The notes below the pieces were generated by a model that saw nothing but the letters and a program-made list of their open reading frames with translations, was not told where the DNA came from and ran no database searches. A stretch of DNA of 64,000 nt from Bacteroidota bacterium (lineage in GTDB: Bacteria; Bacteroidota; Bacteroidia; SXHM01), in contig CANKAM010000015.1 in assembly GCA_947479755.1 (NCBI GenBank), positions 4,441 to 68,440 on the forward strand, read 5' to 3'. This document shows positions 30,005 through 40,168 of the stretch, in pieces. How positions within the stretch are numbered: position 1 is the first letter of the stretch; each line of letters starts with the position of its first letter. The position numbers were made by a program, and so were the translations under genes.

Positions 30005-31054
30005 ATGCTGTTGCACAACCGCGTAGACAAAAGAGAACTTAAAAAACGTTTGATGGAAGAACCCATTAAACGTGTTACGCTTTCGTTTTATCGCTACGTT
30101 ATCATTGACACACCTAATGAGTATCGCGATGAACTCTACAAGCGCTGGGAATCATTGAATGTGAAAGGAAGAATATACGTAGCGAGGGAAGGGATAAATG
30201 CACAGCTTTCTGTTCCGGAAGAACATTTTGAAACGTTCAGAAAAGACATTTACAACGATAAATATTTAACAAACGTTCCTTTTAAAGTTGCAGTGGAAGA
30301 TGATGGGAAATCATTTTACAAGTTATTACTTAAAGTCCGTAGAAAAATAGTAGCTGACGGTTTGAATGACGATGCATTTGATGTAACGAATGTTGGAAAA
30401 CACCTGTCGGCAAAGGAATTTAACGAAGCATTGGAGCAGGAAGGAACAGTAGTAGTGGATATGCGCAATCATTATGAAAGCGAAGTTGGAAGATTTGAAA
30501 ATGCAATTTGTCCCGATGTAGATACTTTTCGTGAGGAACTGGAATGGGTTACTGAAAATCTGAAAGACAAAAAAGACAAAAAAGTACTGTTGTATTGCAC
30601 CGGAGGTATTCGCTGCGAAAAGGCAAGTGCTTATTTTAAACATGAAGGTTTTAAAGATGTAAACCAGTTGCATGGCGGCATTATTGACTATGCAAGACAA
30701 ATAAAACAGGAAGGTTTGGAATCAAAATTCAAAGGCAAAAATTTTGTGTTTGATGAACGTTTGGGTGAAAAAATTACGCATGATGTAATCAGCGTTTGTC
30801 ACCAGTGCGGTGAGCCTTGTGATGAACACACCAATTGCGCGAATGATGATTGCCATTTGCTTTTCATTCAATGTGAAAAATGTAAAGAGAAAATGAAAAA
30901 CTGCTGCACACCCGAATGCATCAGTATTACTGAATTACCAATAGAAGAACAGCGTAAACTCCGCAAGGGAAGAATAAAGAATGACAGCCTTTCGGTGTAT
31001 AAAAGCCGCCTGCGCCCCGATTTGAAAAAACTTTTCACCACTAAGACCACATAG
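30005..31054 (+). CDS. trhO: Rhodanese-domain tRNA uridine(34) hydroxylase (TrhO/YceA, UPF0176 family)
   Basis: The rhodanese active-site loop is [13 protein letters not shown], preceded by a UPF0176 N-domain. There is a Cys-rich C-terminus. The ORF opens at 29981 and the ATG is at 30005. Confidence 0.75.
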   Translation: MLLHNRVDKRELKKRLMEEPIKRVTLSFYRYVIIDTPNEYRDELYKRWESLNVKGRIYVAREGINAQLSVPEEHFETFRKDIYNDKYLTNVPFKVAVEDDGKSFYKLLLKVRRKIVADGLNDDAFDVTNVGKHLSAKEFNEALEQEGTVVVDMRNHYESEVGRFENAICPDVDTFREELEWVTENLKDKKDKKVLLYCTGGIRCEKASAYFKHEGFKDVNQLHGGIIDYARQIKQEGLESKFKGKNFVFDERLGEKITHDVISVCHQCGEPCDEHTNCANDDCHLLFIQCEKCKEKMKNCCTPECISITELPIEEQRKLRKGRIKNDSLSVYKSRLRPDLKKLFTTKTT

Positions 31055-31113
31055 ACCACTAAGAAAACACTAAGAAAAAAGCTAAGTGAACTTGTGTCCT
31101 TAGTGGTAAAAAA

Positions 31114-32763
31114 ATGTTCTCAGCGCTCAATCGCAACAATTTTATTGAAAAATTACAGGAAAAAGAATTTGACCTGCTCGTTATTGGCGGAGGAATAACA
31201 GGCGCAGGAATAGCGCTGGATGCAGCCTCGCGCGGCATGTCTGTTGCCTTAGTAGAAAAGCAGGATTTTGCAGCCGGTACATCAAGCCGCAGTACCAAAT
31301 TAATTCACGGTGGTTTGCGTTACCTTAAACAATTTGAATTTGCGCTGGTAGCAGAAGTAGGTCAAGAACGCGAAATTGTTTACCGCAATGCTCCGCATCT
31401 TGTTATTCCCGAAAAAATGTTGCTGCCTATTACAGAAAAAGGTTCGCTGAATATGTTTTCTTCTTCAATCGGAATTTATGTTTACGATGTTCTGGCAGGA
31501 GTAGAACGTTCGGAAAGACGAAGAATGTTAACCAAACAGGAAACGATTGCACACGAACCTCTTTTGAAAAGAGAAAAACTGAAAGGTGCAGCACTTTATA
31601 CCGAATACAGAACGGATGACGCACGACTTACCATTGAAATCCTGAAAACAGCTGCAAACAGAGGCGCAGTTTGTCTCAATTATGTTTCAGCCGAGGAGTT
31701 TATTTATAATGAAGGAAAAGTTGCAGGGGCAAAAGTGCACGATGTTATTTCCGGGAAAAGTTTTGAAATAAAAGCAAAGAAAACTGTCAATGCCTGCGGC
31801 CCATGGGTTGATAAGCTGCGTGAAAAAGACAATTCACTTAAAGGAAAACGACTGCACCTTACCAAAGGAGTACATATTGTTTTTGAACATAAAAGATTTC
31901 CTCTTTCTCAGTCACTTTATTTTGATGTAAGTGATGGCAGAATGATTTTCGCTATTCCGCGCGGAAACGCAACCTACGTTGGCACAACTGATACCAATTA
32001 CACAGGAGAATTGGAACGACCTTCGGTTACGCAGCAAGATGTAGATTATTTATTGGCAGCTGTAAATGCCATGTTTGAAGGAATTAATCTGACACAAAAC
32101 GATGTTACTTCAAGCTGGTGCGGCTTGCGACCATTGATACACGAAGACGGAAAATCACCTTCAGAACTTTCACGAAAAGACGAAATTTTTATTTCCGAAA
32201 GCGGAGTTATTTCCATTGCAGGTGGTAAGCTAACAGGCTACCGAAAAATGGCAGAAAAAACGGTGAATCATGTTGCGCAGCAGCTAACAGCCGAAACAGG
32301 AAAATCGTTCAGCTCCTGCAACACCGACCGCATTATTCTTTCGGGCGGAAATTTTAACAGCCCAAAAGCAATTGCCGGTTTTATCCGTTCACTCAATCAT
32401 ATTGCCCGTACAGTTGATTGCAGCGAAGAAGAAACGCAACTTTTGGTTTATAAATACGGAACTAACACGATACAAATTCTGGAAAAAGCAAAGGAACTTT
32501 CCTCTGTTGCCGAGGCTGAAATCTGGTATTCTGTAAACCATGAAATGACAACTTCACTATCTGATTTTCTTATTCGCAGAACCGGTAAACTTTATTTTTC
32601 AAGACCTGAGATTACTGCAACCTACAAAGAAATAGCGAAACAGCTGGCAGCTTGTTTAGAACAGGAACAAATTGCGCAAATCAAATCTCTCACTGAGTTC
32701 GAAAAAGAGCTTGAATCGGTTCTTAGTTTTCAGCAAATCTTAGTTGAAAATCAGGCGATATAA
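31114..32763 (+). CDS. glpD: FAD-dependent glycerol-3-phosphate dehydrogenase/oxidase
   Basis: It has the motif DLLVIGGGITGAGIALDAASRGMSVALVEKQDFAAGTSSRSTKLIHGGLRYL, which is canonical for GlpD/GlpA, and is 549 aa. Confidence 0.85.
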   Translation: MFSALNRNNFIEKLQEKEFDLLVIGGGITGAGIALDAASRGMSVALVEKQDFAAGTSSRSTKLIHGGLRYLKQFEFALVAEVGQEREIVYRNAPHLVIPEKMLLPITEKGSLNMFSSSIGIYVYDVLAGVERSERRRMLTKQETIAHEPLLKREKLKGAALYTEYRTDDARLTIEILKTAANRGAVCLNYVSAEEFIYNEGKVAGAKVHDVISGKSFEIKAKKTVNACGPWVDKLREKDNSLKGKRLHLTKGVHIVFEHKRFPLSQSLYFDVSDGRMIFAIPRGNATYVGTTDTNYTGELERPSVTQQDVDYLLAAVNAMFEGINLTQNDVTSSWCGLRPLIHEDGKSPSELSRKDEIFISESGVISIAGGKLTGYRKMAEKTVNHVAQQLTAETGKSFSSCNTDRIILSGGNFNSPKAIAGFIRSLNHIARTVDCSEEETQLLVYKYGTNTIQILEKAKELSSVAEAEIWYSVNHEMTTSLSDFLIRRTGKLYFSRPEITATYKEIAKQLAACLEQEQIAQIKSLTEFEKELESVLSFQQILVENQAI

Positions 32764-32848
32764 CAAGGCAAATTCTACCAACTTTTGTTGTTAAGCGTCT
32801 AGTTTGTAACCATTTTCCCTTCTATTCCATATAAGCCAATCCTTTTAT

Positions 32849-34135
32849 ATGGATACACTTCAACTTACACGAAACGGTGAAATGCTTGTTAACCTGCTCT
32901 TAGAAAAGAGCATTGACGGCATTTTTATACTTGATGCCGATTTCCGGATTATCGAGTGGAACCGCGCTATGGCAAACATCTCAGGCGAAAGAAAAGAAGA
33001 TATACTGGAGAAAAATTTGTTCGTTAGCATTCCTTTTTTTGATGCCATTGAGGAAATAAAGTTCATCCGCAAAGCACTTGGTGGTGAAGAGGCGCTTTCA
33101 ACAGACAGGCCTTATTACTTCCAAAGCAACAACAAAAAAGGTTTTTTTGAAGCTCATTATACTCCCCTTACCAATATTGCCAATCAGGTTACAGGAGTAC
33201 TTGCCATCTTCAGGGATATTACTCAATTAAGAACCTTTGATGACCAGCTCATCAACCTTACAGATAAGTTGCGCGAAACCATAGGACAAAAAACGCGTGA
33301 ATTGCTTGACACCAATGACAAACTGAAAAAACAGTTACGGGAACGCAAAATGTTCGGTTATGATATTTTGCTTAAAAACATTGAGCTTACAGATAGCATT
33401 GCTTATGCCCGACACATTCAGGAAGCTATTCTCCCTCTCAAAAAAGAAATTGAAATAGCCTTTCCGCAAAGTTTTGTGTTCTTCCGACCTAAAGAAATTG
33501 TAAGCGGTGATTTTTACTGGTACAACACCAAAGGCAACAAACATTATATGGCTGCGGTTGACTGCACAGGCCATGGAGTTCCGGGCGCTTTGATTAGTAT
33601 TCTTGGTTACAATTCACTTAACCAGGCAATCAATGAACACAACATGGTTCATCCTTCTGATATATTGAACTACCTGAACAAAAGTGTAGGCAGTGTTTTT
33701 AATCACAGCGAGCGTTCAACTGTGCGTGACGGTATGGATATCTCACTTTGTTGTGTTGATTATACCACTATGACACTTGAATATGCAGGCGCATTTAATC
33801 CGCTCTACTATTTCAGCAACGGAGTTTTCAAAAAAATAAAAGGTAATCGTTTTCCAATTGGTTCGTTTCAGGGCGAAGAACTGAAAGAGTTTGTAAACCA
33901 CGAAATCAATATCAAACCCGGTGATGTGTTCTACATTTTCACCGATGGTTTTGCCGACCAGTTTGGCGGCCCAAAAGAGAAAAAATTCAAACAACGCCAG
34001 TTTGTTGAACTGTTGCTCGAAAACTACGATACTCCCATGCATAATCAGGAAAACCTGCTTCGCAAAAACATCTTAGACTGGCAAGGCAACAACGAGCAGG
34101 TAGATGATATGCTGGTTATCGGTTTCAGGATTTAG
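32849..34135 (+). CDS. PAS-domain sensor fused to PP2C-type (SpoIIE/RsbU-like) serine phosphatase
   Basis: An N-terminal PAS domain (IFILDADFRIIEWNRAMANISG) is followed by the phosphatase blocks SGDFYWY, DCTGHGVPGALIS, DGMDISLC, FTDGFADQ and DDMLVIGFRI. Confidence 0.8.
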   Translation: MDTLQLTRNGEMLVNLLLEKSIDGIFILDADFRIIEWNRAMANISGERKEDILEKNLFVSIPFFDAIEEIKFIRKALGGEEALSTDRPYYFQSNNKKGFFEAHYTPLTNIANQVTGVLAIFRDITQLRTFDDQLINLTDKLRETIGQKTRELLDTNDKLKKQLRERKMFGYDILLKNIELTDSIAYARHIQEAILPLKKEIEIAFPQSFVFFRPKEIVSGDFYWYNTKGNKHYMAAVDCTGHGVPGALISILGYNSLNQAINEHNMVHPSDILNYLNKSVGSVFNHSERSTVRDGMDISLCCVDYTTMTLEYAGAFNPLYYFSNGVFKKIKGNRFPIGSFQGEELKEFVNHEINIKPGDVFYIFTDGFADQFGGPKEKKFKQRQFVELLLENYDTPMHNQENLLRKNILDWQGNNEQVDDMLVIGFRI

Positions 34136-34622
34136 CAGGAAAAAACTCTTCCACCGTTTTCTCCATCTCCCGTTCTTTTTGCGTTCCTATCAGCAACCTG
34201 TCCCCATTCTTTAGCTCCAGTTGCAAACCCATATTCCCCGAAACATTACGCGCTTTATCCTTTCCCCACCCGCGAATTCCCCAGCCTCCATATTCATAAA
34301 TTGGTTTGTATTGGCGCACGTAAGCCTTTTCAATTTCATCCCATTTTTTCACTTTGTAGTTTATCTGAAAAGGAAAAAAACGATAATGCACACCTTCCGC
34401 ATCAACCTTAGTATCTAACCGCAAGAACAAAAACAAAACAATTAAAAGCACAGGAATTATGCTGAACATAATCAGCCCCTCATTACTTGCCGGGTTATCA
34501 CCAAACGGCTCACCCAAATAAAACTGTTTGTATAAACCATAAAGGTGTAATCCTGCAACTCCAATAATAATTAGCCATAGCCACCATTGGGTAAAGCGTT
34601 GTGTTTCGGTGAAGATTTTCAT
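34125..34622 (-). CDS. Hypothetical membrane protein (two TM helices + cytoplasmic PH-like domain), downstream partner of the XRE regulator
   Basis: The TM helices are WWLWLIIIGVAGLHLYGLY and LIMFSIIPVLLIVLFLFL. Its start overlaps the stop of 34619..34990 by 4 nt. Confidence 0.4.
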   Translation of the reverse strand: MKIFTETQRFTQWWLWLIIIGVAGLHLYGLYKQFYLGEPFGDNPASNEGLIMFSIIPVLLIVLFLFLRLDTKVDAEGVHYRFFPFQINYKVKKWDEIEKAYVRQYKPIYEYGGWGIRGWGKDKARNVSGNMGLQLELKNGDRLLIGTQKEREMEKTVEEFFPAKS

Positions 34623-34990
34623 TGCTTCTTCTTATTTAACTCCTCCATCCTTATTTTAAGCATCTCCGCCTCAAATATTTTCACCTTTGCAATCGGTTGC
34701 GATTTCAAAAAAGTCACCACATCCGTACTCTCATTTACCCGCAACAATTCATATAAATGATGCTCGGGTGGATAAACCTTCCCCGCATCAGCCTTCATTA
34801 CAAAAAGGTCATTCGGTGTACATTGAAAAATATCACATACCTTTTCAATATCCTTCACATCCCATTTCTTCATCCTCCCCGTTCCCATCCGCCAGGCTTT
34901 TTGTTTCTCAATTCCACCCTTTACCAGTGCTTCAGTAACGTTGGTCCAGCCCTTCTTCTGGGCTACTCGTCTCAAGTCAAATTTCATCAT
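34619..34990 (-). CDS. XRE-family (Cro/C1-type HTH) transcriptional regulator
   Basis: The HTH_XRE-like segment is LRRVAQKKGWTNVTEALVKG..WDVKDIEKVCDIFQCTPNDLF. The protein is 123 aa. Confidence 0.6.
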   Translation of the reverse strand: MMKFDLRRVAQKKGWTNVTEALVKGGIEKQKAWRMGTGRMKKWDVKDIEKVCDIFQCTPNDLFVMKADAGKVYPPEHHLYELLRVNESTDVVTFLKSQPIAKVKIFEAEMLKIRMEELNKKKQ

Positions 34991-35046
34991 AATTATTTGA
35001 TATTAAAATGTTTAAATTAAATTATTCCGTAAAATATAGTAAGCAA

Positions 35047-35201
35047 TTAAGTCTAGTTATTTATCCTTTAAGTCTGTCTATTTAGTAATTAAGTCTGGTT
35101 ATTTAGCAATTAAGTCTAAACATTTAGCATTTAAGTCTGTCTATTTAGCAATTAAGCCATAATATTATTAAATTAAGTCCAAATATAAAACAATTAAGTC
35201 T
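35047..35201. repeat. Array of eight direct repeats with exact 21-bp periodicity (core TTAAGTCT..TATTTAGC) in a divergent promoter region
   Basis: The TTAAGTCT cores are at 35047, 35068, 35089, 35110, 35131, 35152 (ttaagcca), 35173 (ttaagtcc) and 35194. Every spacing is exactly 21 bp. Confidence 0.85.
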
Positions 35202-35393
35202 TCCAACACAAAAACCCCTCTTAAAATTCAAAATAAGAGAACAACATTTGCATAAACTTTTGGCTTAGGTCTGCGAATTAAATCTGTGCTAATCTGTGAA
35301 ATCTGTGGCAGAAATAAGATTGCTGAAAAATTGCCCTCGCCCCTCCGCACCTTTGCCAGCAATCTTATTTATATTTGCCCAAAACCTATCATC

Positions 35394-36701
35394 ATGAAAT
35401 ACGCTCAGATATCAAACAAACTCTTTATTGAAAACCGCAACCGTTTAACGCAAAAACTAAAACCAAACTCGGTTGCCATTTTCAACAGCAACGATATTAT
35501 GCCCACCAATGCCGATGGCACCATGGCCTTCCGCCAAAACAGCGATTTGTTTTACCTCAGCGGCATTGATCAGGAAGAAAGCATCCTCATCCTCTTCCCC
35601 GATTCATTGAATAAGGACTACAAAGAAGTTCTCTTCGTGCGCGAAACCAACGAATACATAGCAGTGTGGGAAGGAGCGAAGCTCACCAAAAAAGAAGCCA
35701 CCGAAGTTTCGGGAATAAAAACTGTTTTCTGGCTCTCGGAATTCGAACGCGTCTTCAATACCCTGGTGGCCGAAGCACAAAACGTTTACCTCAATACCAA
35801 CGAACACCTGCGCGCCACCATTGAAGTTGAAACCCGCGATGCCCGCTTCATTAAAAAGTGCAAAGACCGCTTTCCCCTGCATAATTACGAGCGCAGCTTT
35901 CCCCTGCTCATGGAACTCCGCTCCATAAAATCCGAAACCGAAGTAGAGTTAATCCGTCAAGCCTGCGCCATTACCAAAAAAGGATTTATGCGCACCCTCG
36001 CCTTTGTAAAACCGGGCGTTATGGAATATGAAATTGAAGCCGAACTAATCCACGAGTTTGTCCGCAACCGCTCCCGTGGCTTTGCCTACGGACCAATCAT
36101 TGCTTCGGGCCTCAACTCCTGTGTACTGCACTATGTTGAGAATAATAAAGAGTGCAAAGACGGTGATATCTTATTAATGGATGTAGCTGCCGAATACGCC
36201 AACTATGCTTCAGACCTTACCCGCTGCATTCCCGTAAATGGTAAATTCACCGAAAGACAAAAGCAGGTTTACAATGCCGTATTGCGTGTAATGAAAGAAG
36301 CTACCTCCATGCTTCGCCCAGGAATTATCATCAGCGAGTTTAATAAGGAAGTAGGTAAAATAACCGAAAAGGAATTAATAGGTCTTGGCCTCTTCACCGA
36401 AAAAGAGGTGCGCGACCAAAACCCCGACCAGCCTTTGTACAAAAAGTACTTTATGCACGGCACTTCGCACTTTCTTGGATTGGATGTTCACGATGTAGGC
36501 GACTTCAACAAACCCGTTCAACCCGGAATGGTGTTTACTTGCGAACCCGGCATCTATATACCTGCAGAAAAAATAGGTATCCGCTTAGAAAACGACATTT
36601 TGGTTACCAACGGCAACCCCATCGACCTGATGGCCGATATTCCTTTAGAAGCAAATGATATTGAAGCCCTGATGGCTGAATCAGTGAAGGTTCTTATATA
36701 A
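35394..36701 (+). CDS. pepP: Xaa-Pro aminopeptidase (M24B, aminopeptidase P/prolidase family)
   Basis: It has the M24B metal-ligand blocks ..DILLMDVAAEY.., HGTSHFLGLDVHDVG and ..GMVFTCEPGIY. The ORF opens at 35286 and the likely start is MKYAQIS at 35394. Confidence 0.85.
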   Translation: MKYAQISNKLFIENRNRLTQKLKPNSVAIFNSNDIMPTNADGTMAFRQNSDLFYLSGIDQEESILILFPDSLNKDYKEVLFVRETNEYIAVWEGAKLTKKEATEVSGIKTVFWLSEFERVFNTLVAEAQNVYLNTNEHLRATIEVETRDARFIKKCKDRFPLHNYERSFPLLMELRSIKSETEVELIRQACAITKKGFMRTLAFVKPGVMEYEIEAELIHEFVRNRSRGFAYGPIIASGLNSCVLHYVENNKECKDGDILLMDVAAEYANYASDLTRCIPVNGKFTERQKQVYNAVLRVMKEATSMLRPGIIISEFNKEVGKITEKELIGLGLFTEKEVRDQNPDQPLYKKYFMHGTSHFLGLDVHDVGDFNKPVQPGMVFTCEPGIYIPAEKIGIRLENDILVTNGNPIDLMADIPLEANDIEALMAESVKVLI

Positions 36702-37538
36702 GTCCTCGCAGTTCTGGTAGCGGTCGCCTTTGGCATTCTTGCCATCGCACCTCCCAAAATAGTATATCAGCGAAAAGCTTACGTCTATAAAGCTGTCTTT
36801 TTGGTCAGGATTTCCGCGTGTTGCTCTGTTTGCTCTTGCCACACCTCCTGTCGGGTCAGAGTAATAAACCGTTGCAGCCCCTCCCGGTGAAGTCGCCAGA
36901 ATATTTGGAGCAAGGTAATCGGTACTTACATCGTCTAAGTAATCTGTAAAGGTAACATGGTAAACAGCCTCCAACTTAACACCCCAGTTGCAATGAAAAC
37001 GGTAACGCACACCCAAACCAACAGGAATAACAGGCTGCCACAAAGAATAGGCCTTGGCATAACCGCCTCCCGCAGCATATTGTCCCTCAGTGCCCAGCGG
37101 CTGCAAAGCCACCCCATGTGAAAGCGGGCTGAAATGGAATACCCCACCTCCTACTGTAATATAAGGAACTACACGCCCCGCCCTTTCACGCAATATGTTA
37201 AAGGTAATTCGCAACGAAATCTCGTCTATTTTTGAGTAAAAGCCTAAGTTGCGCAGCTGCATAGCTGCGTTTGTAGAATAAGTGTCGTCAGCCGCAAGCG
37301 AACCATGCAAATAGTGCAACTGCAATCCCCAGCGGGTATTAATATCATAATGAACACCTGCATTAATAGCCAATTTCACAGTCTTAAAATCAGGCAGAGC
37401 TGTCTCTTTCAGATCACCCAAATAATACATACCTCCTACCCCAACATAAACCGAAAACCTTCCCTGGGGCTTTGCCGTTCCCGCCAGAGTAAGAAGAAAG
37501 ATAACCGTAAATAGAATTCGTGAACCGCTGATTTTCAT
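36681..37538 (-). CDS. Outer-membrane beta-barrel protein (OmpA-like barrel/DUF6089-like)
   Basis: It has a signal peptide, alternating beta-strand pattern, Gly/Tyr-rich loops, and a length of 285 aa. It overlaps the 3' end of pepP by 21 nt (convergent). Confidence 0.45.
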   Translation of the reverse strand: MKISGSRILFTVIFLLTLAGTAKPQGRFSVYVGVGGMYYLGDLKETALPDFKTVKLAINAGVHYDINTRWGLQLHYLHGSLAADDTYSTNAAMQLRNLGFYSKIDEISLRITFNILRERAGRVVPYITVGGGVFHFSPLSHGVALQPLGTEGQYAAGGGYAKAYSLWQPVIPVGLGVRYRFHCNWGVKLEAVYHVTFTDYLDDVSTDYLAPNILATSPGGAATVYYSDPTGGVARANRATRGNPDQKDSFIDVSFSLIYYFGRCDGKNAKGDRYQNCEDLYKNLH

Positions 37539-37665
37539 GTGCTTTTACTGATAGAACGTAAATTAGGGCAAAGTTAGTATGTGGCTGGCAAACTTTTATT
37601 TGCTATTAAAATTTAAATAAGATATGTTTGCACATCAAACTGTTGAAAATTAAACACATTTATTC

Positions 37666-38097
37666 ATGTTCAACTCAGAAAACAAATCTCAGAAGTCAAA
37701 TAGCGGCACTGATGTTAACCCAAACTCAAGCAACCGTATTCTTGCCGGAACCATTATAGAAGGTAGCATCCAGACCGAAGGCCATATCCGTATTGACGGA
37801 ACGTTAATAGGTTCTATTACCTGCAAAGGCAAAATAGTAATCGGCTCAACCGGAAAAGTGGAAGGCGACATCAAATGTCAGAATGCCGACATTGAAGGAA
37901 CTATTAAAGCCAATATTTCGGTTTCAGAACTGTTAAGTCTAAAATCTACGGCAAAACTTACCGGTGATATATATGCTAATAAATTAGCCATTGAGCCGGG
38001 CGCAATGTTTACCGGAAGCTGCAGCATGGGTGCTATTATAAAAGACATGCAGCATGGAAAATCCGGAGAAGCCCAAAGAACCCAAAAAACAGCTTAA
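37666..38097 (+). CDS. Bactofilin family cytoskeletal protein
   Basis: The DUF583 beta-helix repeats are IIEGSIQTEGHIRIDGTLIGSITCKGKIVIGSTGKVEGDIKCQNADIEGTIKANI.., with disordered N- and C-terminal tails. Confidence 0.8.
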   Translation: MFNSENKSQKSNSGTDVNPNSSNRILAGTIIEGSIQTEGHIRIDGTLIGSITCKGKIVIGSTGKVEGDIKCQNADIEGTIKANISVSELLSLKSTAKLTGDIYANKLAIEPGAMFTGSCSMGAIIKDMQHGKSGEAQRTQKTA

Positions 38098-38281
38098 CGA
38101 TTACGCCCGCTACTCGGGAATGGCTGTGCAGATGATTGCCATTATCCTTATTGGTGTGTTGGGCGGAATAAAGTTGGACGAGGTTCTTTCACTTAAATTT
38201 CCTGTTTTCACCTTAGTGCTTACACTGTTGTCGGTTTTTCTATCCATGTTCTTTGCAATCAGGGATTTTTTGAAGAAATAA
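38054..38281 (+). CDS. AtpZ/AtpI-like small membrane protein
   Basis: The block KKQLNDYARYSGMAVQMIAIILIGVLGGIKLDE..FPVFTLVLTLLSV matches the AtpZ/AtpI family pattern. It overlaps the bactofilin 3' end by 44 nt in another frame. Confidence 0.45.
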   Translation: MENPEKPKEPKKQLNDYARYSGMAVQMIAIILIGVLGGIKLDEVLSLKFPVFTLVLTLLSVFLSMFFAIRDFLKK

Positions 38282-38285
38282 TAAA

Positions 38286-38657
38286 ATGGTAGTCTTTTCA
38301 AAAAACCTTATTCTGTTCACACTGGCAATTGGTGCAAGCATATTTGCCTGGAATAGCTTTATGCCTGCGGAGTATGTTTTTGCAAAAGCCTGGTTTATTC
38401 TTGCTCTGTATTTTGCAATAACTGCCGCACTCCACTGGGGCGCAATACAATCAGGAAGTAAGGGCGGACAGCAGTTTATCCGCTATTTTCTGGCGGCAAC
38501 CATGCTTAAACTATTTCTCCTACTCATCATTATAACACTCTATGTTATGACAAAGCCTGCCGATGCTATGCATTTCGCAGTTTGCTTTCTTGTTCTCTAC
38601 TTATTTTATACGGTTTTTGAAACCATCCACCTGCTGGAACACTTTAAAAATAAGTAA
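38286..38657 (+). CDS. Hypothetical four-TM membrane protein
   Basis: It has a hydrophobic profile only and no recognisable motif. Confidence 0.35.
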   Translation: MVVFSKNLILFTLAIGASIFAWNSFMPAEYVFAKAWFILALYFAITAALHWGAIQSGSKGGQQFIRYFLAATMLKLFLLLIIITLYVMTKPADAMHFAVCFLVLYLFYTVFETIHLLEHFKNK

Positions 38658-39072
38658 GTCACTTTTACACAAACTCTCAACATCTTGTGAACAAAAGCAA
38701 GTAGAATTTCTACACAGGAACTTCTCTTTATTATCAGTTAATTCAGGATTAACAACCCGCTGAAACCCTTGTCACGAAAAGGGTTATCGATGTATGTACT
38801 ATGCAGTATTACCGCAATGTTAAAAACTTTGCACGATTGTTTAAAACTATGAATCGAATCCTAAAAAAAATTATCCAAAATTTGCTGCAACGAAAATCGA
38901 AGAAATTACAACTCGTAATTTCTTCATTTCCAAAAAATCAGGTTAATTGTCTGTGAAAGGCAGACTTTAAGCGGCAAATTGCGCTATAAAGTTTGAGTGA
39001 GAACTTTTTCACTCTTTTTTCAGGCAAAATACCGCAGAAAATGAAGATTTACCGGGTAAAAAGCATATATAT

Positions 39073-40107
39073 ATGGAGCAAAAAATACAACAACAGGAAA
39101 AAGTAAATATCTCGGAAGTTTTACCTGCAAACACATCGCTTCCGGTTGAACCGATTTTAGTAGAAAATACTGACCGCTTCGTGTTGTTTCCTATTAAACA
39201 TAATGACATCTGGAGTTTTTATAAAAAAGCTGAAGCCAGTTTCTGGACCGCAGAAGAAATTGATCTTTCGCAAGACACCGTTGACTGGGAAAATAAACTA
39301 AATGATGACGAGCGTCATTTCATTAAACACGTTCTTGCTTTCTTCGCAGCAAGCGATGGAATTGTAAATGAAAATCTTGCTATCAATTTTTTAAATGAAG
39401 TCCAATACCCTGAAGCCCGCTGTTTCTATGGTTTTCAGGTAATGATGGAAAATATACACTCTGAAACGTATTCATTACTGATTGATACCTATATCAAAGA
39501 CACGGCAGAAAAAAAGCATCTTTTTAAAGCGATTGATACACTACCCTGCGTGAAGAAAAAAGCAGAGTGGGCTGTGCGTTGGATTAACAAAGGTTCTTTT
39601 GCAGAAAGACTGATTGCATTTGCAGCCGTTGAAGGAATTTTCTTCTCTGGTAGCTTCTGCTCTATCTTCTGGCTCAAGAAACGCGGTTTAATGCCCGGTC
39701 TGAGTTTTTCAAACGAATTGATTTCGCGTGACGAAGGCTTGCACTGCGATTTTGCATGTCTGCTTTACACTCAATTGGTAAACAAGCTTCCTGAAGATAG
39801 CGTGAAAGAAATTATTGCCAACGCAGTGGAATACGAAAAAGAGTTTGTGAGCGATGCACTGCCTGTAAAACTGATTGGGATGAATGCAGAATTGATGTGT
39901 CAATACATTGAGTTCTGTGCCGACCGATTGCTGCTTTCACTTGGCGTTGGAAAAATTTACAACGCAAAAAATCCTTTCGACTTTATGGAAATGATTTCGT
40001 TGCAAGGCAAAACAAATTTTTTTGAGAAACGTGTTAGCGAATATCAGAAATCAGGAGTAATGAGCAGCACATCAGAACAACAGTTTAGCCTCGATGAGGA
40101 TTTTTAA
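39073..40107 (+). CDS. nrdB: Ribonucleoside-diphosphate reductase class Ia beta (R2) subunit
   Basis: It has ferritin-like diiron ligands (..[13 protein letters not shown].., ..[10 protein letters not shown]..) and the C-terminal R1-binding tail ..FSLDEDF. Confidence 0.9.
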   Translation: MEQKIQQQEKVNISEVLPANTSLPVEPILVENTDRFVLFPIKHNDIWSFYKKAEASFWTAEEIDLSQDTVDWENKLNDDERHFIKHVLAFFAASDGIVNENLAINFLNEVQYPEARCFYGFQVMMENIHSETYSLLIDTYIKDTAEKKHLFKAIDTLPCVKKKAEWAVRWINKGSFAERLIAFAAVEGIFFSGSFCSIFWLKKRGLMPGLSFSNELISRDEGLHCDFACLLYTQLVNKLPEDSVKEIIANAVEYEKEFVSDALPVKLIGMNAELMCQYIEFCADRLLLSLGVGKIYNAKNPFDFMEMISLQGKTNFFEKRVSEYQKSGVMSSTSEQQFSLDEDF

Positions 40108-40168
40108 GTTCTAGAAATTTGGATTTAGAGATACTAATACACAACACTAACGACAAAACCTTTACCCG

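Noticed and set aside
31040-31113. Inverted repeat CCACTAAG...CTTAGTGG and repeated ACTAAG motifs between trhO and glpD
   Set aside because: The stem is short with a 45-nt loop and is not followed by a U-run. It may be a weak terminator or leader structure, but there is not enough evidence to call a feature.
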